41,188 bases of DNA from Octopus sinensis (Eukaryota). Shown here piece after piece: positions 1 through 12,455 of this stretch. The notes under the pieces were generated by a model, which had not been told where the DNA came from, searched no databases, and was given only the letters and a program-made list of their open reading frames with translations. The stretch covers positions 1 to 41,188 of the forward strand of contig NW_021835266.1 of the NCBI RefSeq assembly GCF_006345805.1. The letters are read 5' to 3'. The translations under genes and the position numbers were made by a program. The first letter of the stretch is position 1; the number at the start of each line of letters is the position of its first letter.

Positions 1-216
1 AGCACAACTTTCTCTTACTTCCTGTTTCTGTTGTACCTGTATTTGAAAGGGCCGGCTTGTCACTCTCTGTGTCACGCTGAATATCCCGAGAACTACGTTA
101 AGGGTACACGTGTCTGTGGAGTGCTCAGCCACTTACACGTTAATTTCACGAGCAGGCTGTTCCGTTGATTCGGATCAACCGGAACCCTCGTCGTCGTAAC
201 CGACGGAGTGCTTCCA
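1..216 (+). mobile_element. 3' part of a SINE-like interspersed repeat, truncated by the window edge
   Basis: The segment ...GCAGGCTGTTCCGTTGATTCGGATCAACCGGAACCCTCGTCGTCGTAACCGACGGAGTG matches my recollection of a high-copy octopus repeat tail. Only one copy is in the window, so this rests on recall. Confidence 0.4.
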
Positions 217-239
217 CCACCTCGGATTCAGAGAATATA

Positions 240-1320
240 CGAGATTGTCGACAAGTTGTGATCAAGCGCGCATCTGTTTCGTCCTCATGTTGAAGACGAG
301 GGTTGAATGGACTGATTCGTGAAGCCGCAGATAGCAACCAATAATAATGGGGATTTCGAATTGGCCGTCTGTCTTTAGAAAGATTAAGGGTCTTCGAGAT
401 GTCAATAAAAAAGACGTCACGTGGTTGTCCTTGTTCTTGGCATTTCTGTTGTCATTATTGAACTGAGACTTCTAATTCATCTGTGAAGTATTCAAAGCGA
501 AAACCACCCTGACAAGAGATATACTGTTGTTCGTTTGTAATCTAATCGGAATCACAGGGTATAGATTCCTAATATTGCTTAGCAAAAATCATGTTGCTCC
601 GTCTTTCGTCCTTTTACAGTGATACTAAATCCTTGTCTCTTATGACTACCCGCACGCTTGTTTCTTTACAGCACAGAGAATACGCTTCACGCAGATAGTT
701 TAACAGGAGATTATTTGCATATTTAGATGCCTCTTCCGACGCACAAATGGTGGAATTCCATCCAGTTCTGGCCCTTTCACCATTTGACAGTGCATCCAAT
801 ACTTTCGAAATAGGGGAGCATCCCACGGTGGGTAGCATCCTGTTCGAAATAACGTCTTTCATTAAATTTCAGAACAACGTTACATTAATCAGTTTATTTG
901 GTTATTGTTATATGTAATAATTCTCTCTTTGATTGCCATCGTTTTTAATAGCATGCTATGAGTTTGTGTTTGGCAGTTAACATTCATTATTCTTTCGTAG
1001 ATTCTATGGATATTTATTAAATCAAATTAAGAATGATTGCCTACGCAGAATTATTATCCGTGTCATTAGCATGGCGTCTGGCAGCTATGTAGGCTTTGCT
1101 ACAAGCTAATTCTTGTATTGTGTAAGCTTGCCTGAGTGGAATCACATATGTTCTCTATGAAGCATTGTTCTACGATAGCAACAGTGGCTTTACATCAGCT
1201 CCTTTCAAAGCCAATCCGGTGCCTAGCTCCGTTCCTTCATTATAAAAGGTTCCTGTCTCGTATAAACTACTCGATATGAGGAATCAGTTAAGAGAGAATC
1301 CTCTAGTTCATTCATAACCA
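240..1320 (-). mobile_element. Decayed RTE-clade LINE ORF2 fragment (region leading into the RT domain)
   Basis: Minus-strand translation, with stops and frameshifts, gives ARRHAND, SKVLDALSNG, NNLLLNYLREAYSLCCKE, IRDKDLVSL*K, VIPIRLQ, QGGFR and CQEQGQPRDVFFIDISKTLN in that order. These are collinear with RTE/BovB-type motifs ARRCANE, SKAIDSLASG, LLLPLHEVLCQCWQE, MRDAKIITLYK, VILIRLQ, QCGFR and CREQNQPLYIAFIDLTKAFD. Confidence 0.72.
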
Positions 1321-1380
1321 TTTTTAAGAGGTTCAAGGTTCATGGCTCGAAGTTCGAGCTTCAAAGCTGCCCCATTATAT

Positions 1381-1612
1381 ATTTCTTTATTGCCCACAAG
1401 GGGCTAAACATAGAGGGGACAAACAAGGATAGACAAACGGATTAAGTCGATTACATCGACCCCAGTGCGTAACTGTTACTTTATTTATCGACCCCGAAAG
1501 GATGAAAGGCAAAGTCGACCTCAGCGGAATTTGAACTAAGAACGTAACGGCAGACGAAATACGACTACGCATTTCGCCCGGCGCGCTAACGTTTCTGCCA
1601 GCTCGCAGCCTT
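1381..1612 (-). mobile_element. tRNA-derived SINE family A, monomer
   Basis: The minus strand reads GGCTGCGAGCTGGCAGAAACGTTAG (box A-like) and GTTCAAATTCC (box B), then the body and the tail TTAGCCCCTTGTGGGCAATAAAGAAAT. It is homologous to many other copies in the window. Confidence 0.9.
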
Positions 1613-2023
1613 AGAACGTAACCATTCCTTTTGGCAATATATTGTTTAATATTCTTATTTATAAGCGTTAATTCCTTAGTTACACGAAATTTCATGGTAT
1701 TTCACCCCACAACTTTTTTTCAACTAATTTTTGTTAAATGCCACTAATGACCCTAAATTCCTCATACATTATACGTACATATATACACATGTATGTATAG
1801 TATATATATGCGTGTTTGTGTGTATATATATACCTAAATGCACACTTATATACATACATAATTAAGCAGAATGGTATTACAATTAAAAGTTTTTCTGAAT
1901 TGTATCACACTATGAAAATATTTCTCTAATTTATATATGTACATAGATACATTTGAACTTCCTACACAAACACATAACTTCATGTAAAATATATGTACGT
2001 GCATATATTATATATATATATAT

Positions 2024-2073
<50 letters not shown>

Positions 2074-2833
2074 CACACAAACACCTATGTATATATACAT
2101 CCACTTGTAATTATAAAGAACTGGTGCAGACGTGAGTGTGTATGTATATATATATATATATATATATCGTATAGTATCGATCATACACAATATGCTATAT
2201 TACATTCTTAATTACGGATTCGTATTACATAACTTCAAGTTCATCTAAGTAAAAAATATTTCGAATTTACTGAACGTATTTAATGAAGGATTCACTCTAA
2301 AAAAAGTTTGAAATGCATCGAAAATAATTGAAACTTTTTTGGTCTAAATTTATAAATTAATGGCAATTGCAAAAAATTTAATATTTTATACTAATTTCAA
2401 AAATAACGAAATAAAACACCCAAAAATATAAAATAAATGAAATATATACATAAGATGTAATTTTAGAATAAAAAAATTAAATGAATCTCTCTAAATGAAT
2501 AATTCATTTTAGAAAAGTAATTCACGTGGCTTTGATAATTAATTTTTGTATTCTTTTACAGTGCACTCCTAGAAGAAATTAATATTGGAATGTTAAAAAA
2601 AAAGAAAAATAAATAAGAATGAGATACCCAGTTAGAATAATGGAATACATAAGTATTTTTTAATGGACTCATTATTGCAAATAAAAGCATAATATTAAAA
2701 AAATCTTAATGAGTGCTACAAATAATATGAGCAAAATACTGTTATTGAAATAGTAATAATGATATATATATACATATATATGTATATATATATATATATA
2801 TATTATAATATATATATATATATATTATATATA

Positions 2834-2871
<38 letters not shown>

Positions 2872-3480
2872 CACACAAAATACGGGGGTTTAGTTCACTG
2901 GTGTTCTAAATGAATAGGTACGCTGGGTAAGTGTTGTGACGGATTATCAGGGATCCAAGCTCATGGGACGGGAGCTATGGATCCATTTTAGGCTTCCGGT
3001 TTAGCATATATATATATATATATATATTTGTGAAAGAGGACAACAAACGCCAAGACATAACAACCATCTCAAGTCATTCATTATTTTATGTTATTCTTAA
3101 ATTAGTTGAGATCTTACAGCCGTTTCTGGGATGTACAAGTGATAGGTAGTATTTTCAATATGTAGTGTGGGCAGGGTGCTAGAAAATGTTGCTTCCCTAC
3201 CCGTATGCGATTACTGACATCTAGATTAGTTTTGATTCTAAGCCGTAGCGAGAACAACCAACTGCGAACTAGAAGATGGAGGACTCGAATAGACAAAAGA
3301 GCTTGGGGCCTGTTATCTATCCAGCTTTCAGAAAGTGTTACTACCAAATTTCTGCTTGCATCGAAAAAAGAACTGACTGAGCCAACATAACCATTTAACA
3401 CTTGAAACCAGTCATCTGCGTGGGTCGTCTAAGAGACGTTGCGCCATCGAACATCGTATTCGACGGAAGGATCCACTGTA

Positions 3481-6075
3481 TATTCTTTTCTGCGCTAGGC
3501 ACAAGGCCCGGAATTTTGAGAGAGGAGGTCAGTCAATTAGGTTGACTCCAGTACCCAACTGGTAATTAATTTTTCGACCCCGAAAGGATGAAAGGCAAAG
3601 TCGATCTCGGCGGAATTTGAACTCAGAACGTAGCGGCAGACGAAATACCTATTTCTTTACTAACCACAAGGGGCTAAACATAGAGGGGACAAACAAGGAC
3701 AGACAAACGGATTAAGTCGATTATATCGACCCCAGTGCCTTAACTGGTACTTATTTAATCGACCCCGAAAGGATGAAAGCCAAGTCAACCTCGGCGGAAT
3801 TTGAACTCAGAGCGTAGCGGCAGACGAAATACCTATTTCTTTATTACCTGCAAGGGGCTAAACACAGAGAGGACAAACAAGGACAGACAAACAGATTAAG
3901 TCGATTATATCGACCCCAGTGCGTAACTAGTACTTATTTAATCGACCCCGAAAGGATGAAGGGCAAAGTCGACCTCAGCGGAATTTGAACTCAGAACGTA
4001 GCGGCAGACGAAATACCTATTTCTTTACTACCCACAAGGGGCTAAACATACGGGGGACAAACAAGGACAGACACAGGTATTAAGCCGATTATATCGACCC
4101 CAGTGCGTAACTAGTACTTATTTAATCGACCCCGAAAGGATGAAAGGCAAAGTCGACCTCGGCGGAATTTGAACTCAGAACGTAGCGGCAGACGAAATAC
4201 CTATTTCTTTACTACCCGCAAGGGGGCTAAACACAGAGAGGACAAACAAGGATAGACAAACGGATTAAGCCGATTATATCGACCCCAGTGCGTAACTAGT
4301 ACTTATTTTAATCGACCCCGAAAGGATGAAAGGCAAAGTCGACCTCGGCGGAATTTGAACTCAGAACGTAGCGGCAGACGAAATACCTATTTCTTTACTA
4401 CCCGCAAGGGGGCTAAACACAGAGAGGACAAACAAGGATAGACAAACGGATTAAGCCGATTATATCGACCCCAGTGCGTAACTAGTACTTATTTTAATCG
4501 ACCCCGAAAGGATGAAAGGCAAAGTCGACTCGGCGGAATTTGAACTCAGAACGTAGCGGCAGACGAAATACCTATTTCTTTAACCCGCAAGGGGGCTAAA
4601 CACAGAGAGGACAAACAAGGACAGACAACGGATTAAGCCGATTATCGACCCCAGTGCGTAACTAGTACTTATTTTAATCGACCCCGAAAGGATGAAAGGC
4701 AAAGTCGACCTCGGCGGAATTTGAACTCAGAACGTAGCGGCAGACGAAATACCTATTTCTTTACTACCCACAAGGGGGCTAAACACAGAGATGACAAACA
4801 AGGACAGACAAACGGATTAAGTCGATTATATCGACCCCAGTGCGTAACTAGTACTTATTTAATCGACCCCGAAAGGATGAAAGGCAAAGTCGACCTCGGC
4901 GGAATTTGAACTCAGAACGTACCGGCAGACGAAATACCTATTTCTTTACTACCCACAAGGGGGCTAAACACAGAGAGGACAAACAAGGACAGACAAACGG
5001 ATTAAGCCGATTATATCGACCCCAGTGCGTAACTAGTACTTATTTAATCGACCCCGAAAGGATGAAAGGCAAAGTCGACCTCGGCGGAATTTGAACTCAG
5101 AACGTAGCGGCAGACGAAATACCTATTTCTTTACTACCCACAAGGGGCTAAACATACGGGGGACAAACAAGGACAGACACAGGTATTAAGTCGATTATAT
5201 CGACCCCAGTGCGTAACTAGTACTTATTTAATCGACCCCGAAAGGATGAAAGGCAAAGTCGACCTCGGCGGAATTTGAACTCAGAACGTACCGGCAGACG
5301 AAATACCTATTTCTTTACTACCCACAAGGGGCTAAACATACGGGGGACAAACAAGGACAGACACAGGTATTAAGTCGATTATATCGACCCCAGTGCGTAA
5401 CTAGTACTTATTTAATCGACCCCGAAAGGATGAAAGGCAAAGTCGACCTCGGCGGAATTTGAACTCAGAACGTAGCGGCAGACGAAATACCTATTTCTTT
5501 ATTACCTGCAAGGGGCTAAACACAGAGAGGACAAACAAGGACAGACAAACAGATTAAATCGATTATATCGACCCCAGTGCGTAACTAGTACTTATTTAAT
5601 CGACCCCGAAAGGATGAAGGGCAAAGTCGACCTCAGCGGAATTTGAACTCAGAACGTAGCGGCAGACGAAATACCTATTTCTTTATTACCTGCAAGGGGC
5701 TAAACACAGAGAGGACAAACAAGGACAGACAAACAGATTAAGTCGATTATATCGACCCCAGTGCGTAACTAGTACTTATTTAATCGACCCCGAAAGGATG
5801 AAGGGCAAAGTCGACCTCAGCGGAATTTGAACTCAGAACGTAGCGGCAGACGAAATACCTATTTCTTTATTACCTGCAAGGGGCTAAACACAGAGAGGAC
5901 AAACAAGGACAGACAAACAGATTAAGTCGATTATATCGACCCCAGTGCGTAACTAGTACTTATTTAATCGACCCCGAAAGGATGAAGGGCAAAGTCGACC
6001 TCAGCGGAATTTGAACTCAGAACGTAACGGCAGACGAAATACCACTAAGTATTTCGCCCGACGTGCTAACGTTTC
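3481..6075 (-). repeat. Head-to-tail tandem array of SINE family A: 13 complete ~184-bp units, one terminal unit with a different tail, and a single partial head
   Basis: GACGAAATACC recurs at about 3639, 3823, 4007, 4191, 4377, 4562, 4743, 4928, 5113, 5297, 5481, 5665, 5849 and 6033. Each unit keeps box B but not box A. The SINE head occurs only at 6033-6075. Confidence 0.95.
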
Positions 6076-6143
6076 AAAGGATGCACTGTATACTGTATAC
6101 AGGTAAACTGTCAAGAATACTTTATAGTCAACTCGATCTCCCC

Positions 6144-6199
<56 letters not shown>

Positions 6200-6674
6200 C
6201 TCTGGATATATACAGACGCACACCATGCATTCCAATACACACACACACACAGTTATATAAATATATAATATGAGATGTTTTGGTATGCAGAAAACCCGAA
6301 GGGCAGGTAAGGCTATGCAACCGCAAAGGAAGGACCGCTGTTAAGCTCCCGGTTCAATAAGTGCACGAGTGAGGACTGTAAGGCAGGTCGTGTGTGAGCG
6401 TGTGTGTGAAATTATATATATATTACACACACGCACAGGCAGATGGAACGCTCATAAACACACGCAACATGCATAGATAAAAGATAACTGTCACCCACAA
6501 ATATACACTATACACATGCACACTATTTGGTCACAGATCCTCACAAAAATACGTGTGCACACACCAGTTGAACAAGCAGACATAAACTCATACATACAAC
6601 ATACGTTACATTCACTCGCCCCTATTCGCATACACACACCATTCTAATACACACACACACACACATACACACAT

Positions 6675-7095
6675 ACCTATTTTTTTACTACCCACAAGGG
6701 GCTAAACACAGAGGGGACAAACAAGGACCGACAAACTGATTAAGTCGATTACATCGACTCCAGTGCGTAACTGGTACTTCATTTATCGACCCCGAAAGGA
6801 TGAAAGGCAAAGTCGACCTCGGCGGAATTTGAACTCAGAACGTAGCGGCAGACGAAATACCTATTTCTTTACTACCCACAAGGGGCTAAACACAGAGGGG
6901 ACAAACAAGGACAGTGAAAGGGATTAAGTCGATTACATCGACCCCAGTGCGTAACTGGTACTTAATTTATCCACCCCGAAAGGATGAAGGGCAAAGTCGA
7001 CCTCGGCAGAATTTGAACTCAGAGCGTAACGGCAGACGAAATACGGCTGCGCATTTCGCCCGGCGTGCTAACGTTTCTGCCAGCTCGCCGCCCTT
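6675..7095 (-). mobile_element. SINE family A dimer (one head plus two body/tail units)
   Basis: It has the same AAATAGGTATTTCGTC junction as the large array and an intact head at the right end. An imperfect flanking duplication reads TACACAC(TC)ATACCT. Confidence 0.9.
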
Positions 7096-7280
7096 ACACA
7101 CTCATACCTGCGCACGTTACTTCTTTGGAGTCACCATTACCGCTTTTATTGTCTCCCTTCCATTCAACGTCTTTGTTTTCCAGTCATCTCGCCATATTGG
7201 ACCGCGGAGCTCTACACAGTTTTTCTTTCTACCATTTTCATTCCTTCTCTCCCCATCATTCTTCCTTTTTAATCCTTTTT

Positions 7281-7403
7281 CTTGAAGATCATAGGCTGGA
7301 AACGTAAAAGACTTTTTCCATTTTTCCCTAGCGTTAAGCTAATGAACCTGCTTGTTGTTCCAACACATGTCCTCGTCTGTTGCTTTCTGTAAATTTGAAC
7401 TAT
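7281..7403 (+). mobile_element. Penelope-like element terminus, degenerate
   Basis: Homologous, in the opposite orientation, to 33486-33615 (GAAACGTAAAAGACTTTTTC...AGCGTTA.CTAAT..A.CTG.TTGTT). It ends in (TA)n and carries a decayed hammerhead-like core. Confidence 0.55.
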
Positions 7404-7471
7404 ATATATATGTATATGACTCTGTGTTTATGTATCTGAGAATATGCATGTTTGCTTGTATGTATGTAGCT

Positions 7472-7512
<41 letters not shown>

Positions 7513-7530
7513 ATATATATATATATATAT

Positions 7531-7740
7531 TCAGTAAAATTTAGATTGAGCTGAATATGGTACTTAAGTTAAAGGCACCAAAATTTAGTATGGTATATCC
7601 ATATAATTTAAAATGGGTGGATTATAATCAAAATAAGTAACAAGGATATCCAGAGGTAATGCAGTACGATCGTTTCAGGTGACTCCATTTAATTGAATAT
7701 TTATATATTTGTCTATTTATATACGTGTGATTCGTACTCA
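7531..7740 (+). repeat. Unclassified interspersed repeat, second copy at ~40026-40200
   Basis: Both loci share TGAATATGGTACTTAA, GCACCA, TATGGT and GATTATAA in the same order. Confidence 0.55.
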
Positions 7741-7914
7741 TCGGTAACCATAATTATTACTTTGTATTCTCAGATTCGAAAAAAATTTCAGTAGAATGGT
7801 TGAAAAGTTTGATGTCAAATTCATCGAAGAAATTCTTCGATGCGATGATCGTCGTATTGTCGCACTTCAATGACTGAAGCAAATAGAATATTAAGAGAAA
7901 AATAAACTTACATG

Positions 7915-8595
7915 CGAACACATACATACATACATACATACATACATACATACATACATACGTACATACATACATACGTAAATACATACATACATACATG
8001 CATACATACATACATACATACATACATGCATGCATACATACATACATACATACATACATAAATGCATACATACATACATACATACATACATACATACATG
8101 CATACATACATACATACATACATACATACACATACAAATACATACATACCTACATACATGCATACACACATACATGCATACATACATACATACACACACA
8201 CAAATACATACATACATACATACATACACACATACATACACACTCACATACATACATACATAAACACACACATACATACATACATACATACACACACACA
8301 CATATACATACATACATACACGCACACATACACACATACACCCATACATACATACATACATACATACATACATACACACATACATACATACATACACACA
8401 CACGTACATACATACATACATACATACATACACACACACACATATACATACATACATACATACATACATACATACATACACACACACTCACATACATACA
8501 TACATACATACACACACACTACATACATACACACACACACATACATACATGCATGCATACATCATACATACATAGATACATACATACATACATAG
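7915..8595. repeat. (TACA)n/(CA)n compound microsatellite, ~680 bp
   Basis: Directly visible. It explains the YIHT/CMYV ORFs. Confidence 0.97.
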
Positions 8596-8639
8596 AGAGA
8601 CAGACAGACAGAAATACATTCACACACTCGTGAACATAC

Positions 8640-8760
8640 ATTGCGAATGCTGGTGGCGTTGCGGTCAGGCTGTGGGGCTCACGGTCATATAAACACGGAC
8701 CGAGCCTCGCACGCGTCGTCCCTCTGACAAAGGCATTTCTTTTCCTGTTGTCCCCATACT
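8640..8760 (-). CDS. Candidate exon of an unidentified gene (121 nt)
   Basis: Acceptor GTATTCACTTTCCTTAG and donor AT|GTATGT bound a GC-richer unique segment. One frame is open: YGDNRKRNAFVRGTTRARLGPCLYDREPHSLTATPPAFA. I recognise no homology. Confidence 0.3.
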
Positions 8761-10111
8761 CTAAGGAAAGTGAATACTTGTATAAAGTTGAGTCACGAAG
8801 GTGACTAGCAGTGAGCGTACGACCTTTCAATTCCAAGTTGCGTCCGTTTACCTGAACCGTAGCACAGTCATTTGATAAAAACAAAGATCAATTAAATATT
8901 TACTGGAAGAATAAATATATATTGTAGTCGATATGATCGATAAATATCCAGCAAGCCAGTGTCTCGGGTTGCCTATTGTCTAGTGACTGAAATATTGAAA
9001 AGCGTAAAGAATATTATAATTAATTATATGTATGTATATATACACTACACACATATATACATCCACACACACACACACATATATATACATATACATATAT
9101 ATATACATATATATACATCCACATACACACATATTATATATATATAATATATATATACACATATATATATATACATATACAATATAATATAACACATATA
9201 TATATACATACATATATATTATTATATATAATACAACATATTATATATATATATATGTATTGTACTATAACATTATATAATATATGTATGTATATACATA
9301 CATATATTATATACATACATACTATATATATATATATATACATGTATATTCATACATATATATATATACATATTATATACACACACACATACACACATAT
9401 ATATATATATATATACAGAGACACACAAATTTACTCATACATACATATTGTTGTAGTTGTTGCTGTAACTTCACACGAGTGCTTGCACCACATTATAGAC
9501 GAGTGTGCCAACAGCGATAGGTCTTCGTGATCGCCAGACCTGAGAGAAAAAGAAAAAAAAACACTGGATGATCAAATGTGGAACGTCTTTGATCATAACA
9601 TTGCTCAGCCAGAGTTTAACCCGGGGGAGTAATCAATAACTAGTAGATAATGATTATTTTAATTAACAATATTTAATTATATTCCCAAGATATATATTGG
9701 TGTTATTATACCAGAAGAATTATTCGAGCGTCAGCAATCCGCTGCTTTATTTTCTGGCTCTTTACGTTCGAAGTTCGAATCGCACCAAGCTCAACTTTGA
9801 TTTTCTCCCCTCCAGCTCGAATAAAATAAAGTACAGCTAAGTACTAAGGACTATGGTATCTACTGACACCCTCTCCGAATGTCAGAATCAAATATGAATT
9901 TTACTATAAACAATTACCTTATATAATTCTTGCAGTACCATTTGAACCGTTATATACCTTATTTACAATTGTTCTTCGATTTTTCACTATTTTTTAAACG
10001 TAACATAAAACACTTTACTCTTCCTTTTTTTCTTTTGTTTCTTCTTTTCTTTTTCATTTTACTTTTTTCTTTTCTTTTTTTTCCTGTCAATTTAACATAC
10101 TTATTTTCTTT

Positions 10112-10385
10112 TTAGTAGTACTTCATCAATGGTTCAATGTCTATTAGATCCACTACTGGTGGCAATTCTTTGAATTCCACCCTCACTCCTGGTGGGTCAA
10201 TACTACCTCCACACATTTCTTCCAGTTTCTTGTAATTTTCCCTTTCTATCACTAGCGCCTTCATATCCTCTGCATATATGTAGGATGCTACTTTCACTCT
10301 TGCTATTCGATTAAACTTGACTATCTTCTTCTCTGTTTCTACTTTCTTTGGGTACGTCGCATGATACCATACTCCATTTCATCCT
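10112..10385 (-). pseudogene. Isolated coding-like remnant, possibly a retroelement ORF1 fragment
   Basis: About 90 stop-free codons ([40 protein letters not shown]...EFKELPPVVDLIDIEPLMKYY*) in non-repetitive DNA. The upstream side is cut by a SINE. I see no convincing splice sites. Confidence 0.3.
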
Positions 10386-10392
10386 TGTATTT

Positions 10393-10808
<416 letters not shown>

Positions 10809-10984
10809 AATATATATACACAATACACGGTTTAATAATATTTTGAGGTTTATGTCTACATATTTTCTCTAGAATTTAGAGCCAGTACTGAACGTCATCC
10901 CGTTTCGTATACGAATACGTTGTTTGAATACCCACTACGTCAGCAGTGGAAGCCCTGTAAAATTATCTAATTCATATATTTCGA

Positions 10985-11396
10985 TATTGCCCACAAGGGG
11001 CTAAACATAGAGGGAACAAACAAGGATAGACAAAGAGATTAAATCGATTATATCGACTCCAGTGCGTAACTCTGGTGCTTTATTTATCAACCCCGAAAGG
11101 ATGAAAGGCAAAGTCGACCTCGGCGGAATTTGAACTCAAAATGTAGCGGCAGACGAAATACCTATTTTTTTTACTACCCACGAGGGGTTAAACACAAAGA
11201 GGACAAACAAGGACAGACAAACGGATTAAGTCGATTATATTGACCCCAGTGCATAACTGGTACTTATTTAAACGACCCCGAAAGGATGAAAGGCGAAGTC
11301 GACCTCGGCGGAATTTGAACTCAGAATGTAGCAGCAGACGAAATACGGCTAAGCATTTCGCCCGGCGTGCTAACGTTTCTGCCAGCTCGCCGCCTT
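10985..11396 (-). mobile_element. SINE family A dimer
   Basis: Two body/tail units joined at the same junction, with an intact head at the right end. Confidence 0.9.
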
Positions 11397-11489
11397 GTAA
11401 AAATTAACTTATTTATATATTACACACAGTCCTGGAAGATGCTATGTACAATTTTGAGGGAGTTGATGAAATGATATCCTCACAAAGTC

Positions 11490-12110
11490 CAGGGTACCTG
11501 AAACATCACAATGCACGACTTCAGGATTCCGTCGTAGTAACAAAAAAACAGACAAAGATGGGCTTCTAAAATGTCCCGTCACATTTTATACTGTACAGAT
11601 CTTGTTCCCTGTGATGTTTGCTTTCCTCCAAATTTGAGGAGTACATCAGGAGTACTCGTTTGGAAGAGAATATGATGTACACTTCGAGAATGTTCCTGGA
11701 CATCTCCAGCTTGAAGGACTTCTATGGGGTCTTCAAAAAGTCGCTAGGGCCCTACAACAAGTACACTGAAGTAAAGATTGTTTGCCAACATAACATGGCA
11801 AGGGAATCTAGCACCCCTTGTTCGAAAATATAAGGACACAGATCATGTCGTATAGCCCAGCTGAAGATGATATCTCCTGGGGCTAAATTACAGCAACATT
11901 CGTCCAAAACCAGGACTGCCATATTATGTTGGCAAACAATCTTTATTCCAAAGTGCTGTTGCTGAATACCTCTCGTTGTAAGATTTAAAAATAGTAATTT
12001 TCTAAAGTACACTGAAATCAGAGGATCTTCCTTTGTAACTTAAAACGATATTGTATTTTTTGGGAATTAAATCTTTTGAATATGTCCCAAAATTTCGGGA
12101 ATAACTCTTC
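11490..12110 (+). mobile_element. Decayed mariner transposase C-terminal fragment carrying an internal insertion
   Basis: Translation gives HHNARLQDSVVVT...TKMGF*NVP, TDLVPCDVCFPPNLR and KDFYGVFKKSLGPYNKYTE, resuming after 12005 as KYTEIRGSSF. This is collinear with mariner HxDNAPxH, SPDLAPxDF and FQKLLERYNKCI..GGDYF. Confidence 0.68.
11772..11945. mobile_element. MITE-like unit with 29-bp terminal inverted repeats
   Basis: TAAAGATTGTTTGCCAACATAACATGGCA (11772-11800) matches the reverse complement of 11917-11945 with one mismatch. TA lies at both outer ends. Confidence 0.6.
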
Positions 12111-12213
12111 ATATATATATATAACTCGTATATATAATAACTCTTTGTATACGAGAGGGGGAGAGAGACTAGATAGGGATTAATAGAGTTGTATATACAA
12201 ATGTATATACACA

Positions 12214-12257
<44 letters not shown>

Positions 12258-12258
<1 letters not shown>

Positions 12259-12420
12259 GCGCAGGCGTGGCTGTGTCTTAAGGAGCTTGCTTTCCAACCA
12301 CATGGTTCCGGGTTCAGTCCCGCTGCTTGGCACCTTGGGCAAGTGTCTTCTACTATAGCCTTGGGCCGACTAAAGCCTTGCGAGTGGATTCGTTTAGCGG
12401 AAACTGAAAGAAGCGCATTG

Positions 12421-12455
<35 letters not shown>

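Noticed and set aside
1381-1612. tRNA genes
   Set aside because: The tRNA-like heads belong to SINEs, lack a proper cloverleaf and continue into repeat bodies.
2562-2616. Plus-strand terminal exon candidate (ALLEEINIGMLKKKKNK*)
   Set aside because: The acceptor is good, but the frame is very short and A-rich, with no supporting partner exon.
4721-5094. Duplicated 62-aa ORFs (MNSERSGRRNTYFFTTHKG...)
   Set aside because: They are translations of the SINE antisense strand and recur at every family A copy.
3639-6033. CRISPR array or retrozyme interpretation of the 184-bp repeats
   Set aside because: There are no unique spacers, the units are SINE bodies with box B, and I found no CUGANGA/GAAA hammerhead core on either strand.
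7757-8633. Long YIHT/CMYV ORFs up to 211 aa
   Set aside because: They are artefacts of the (TACA)n microsatellite.
10873-10956. Plus-strand 84-nt exon candidate
   Set aside because: The acceptor is plausible, but the donor GTAAAA is weak, no homology is recognised and it does not join a coherent chain.
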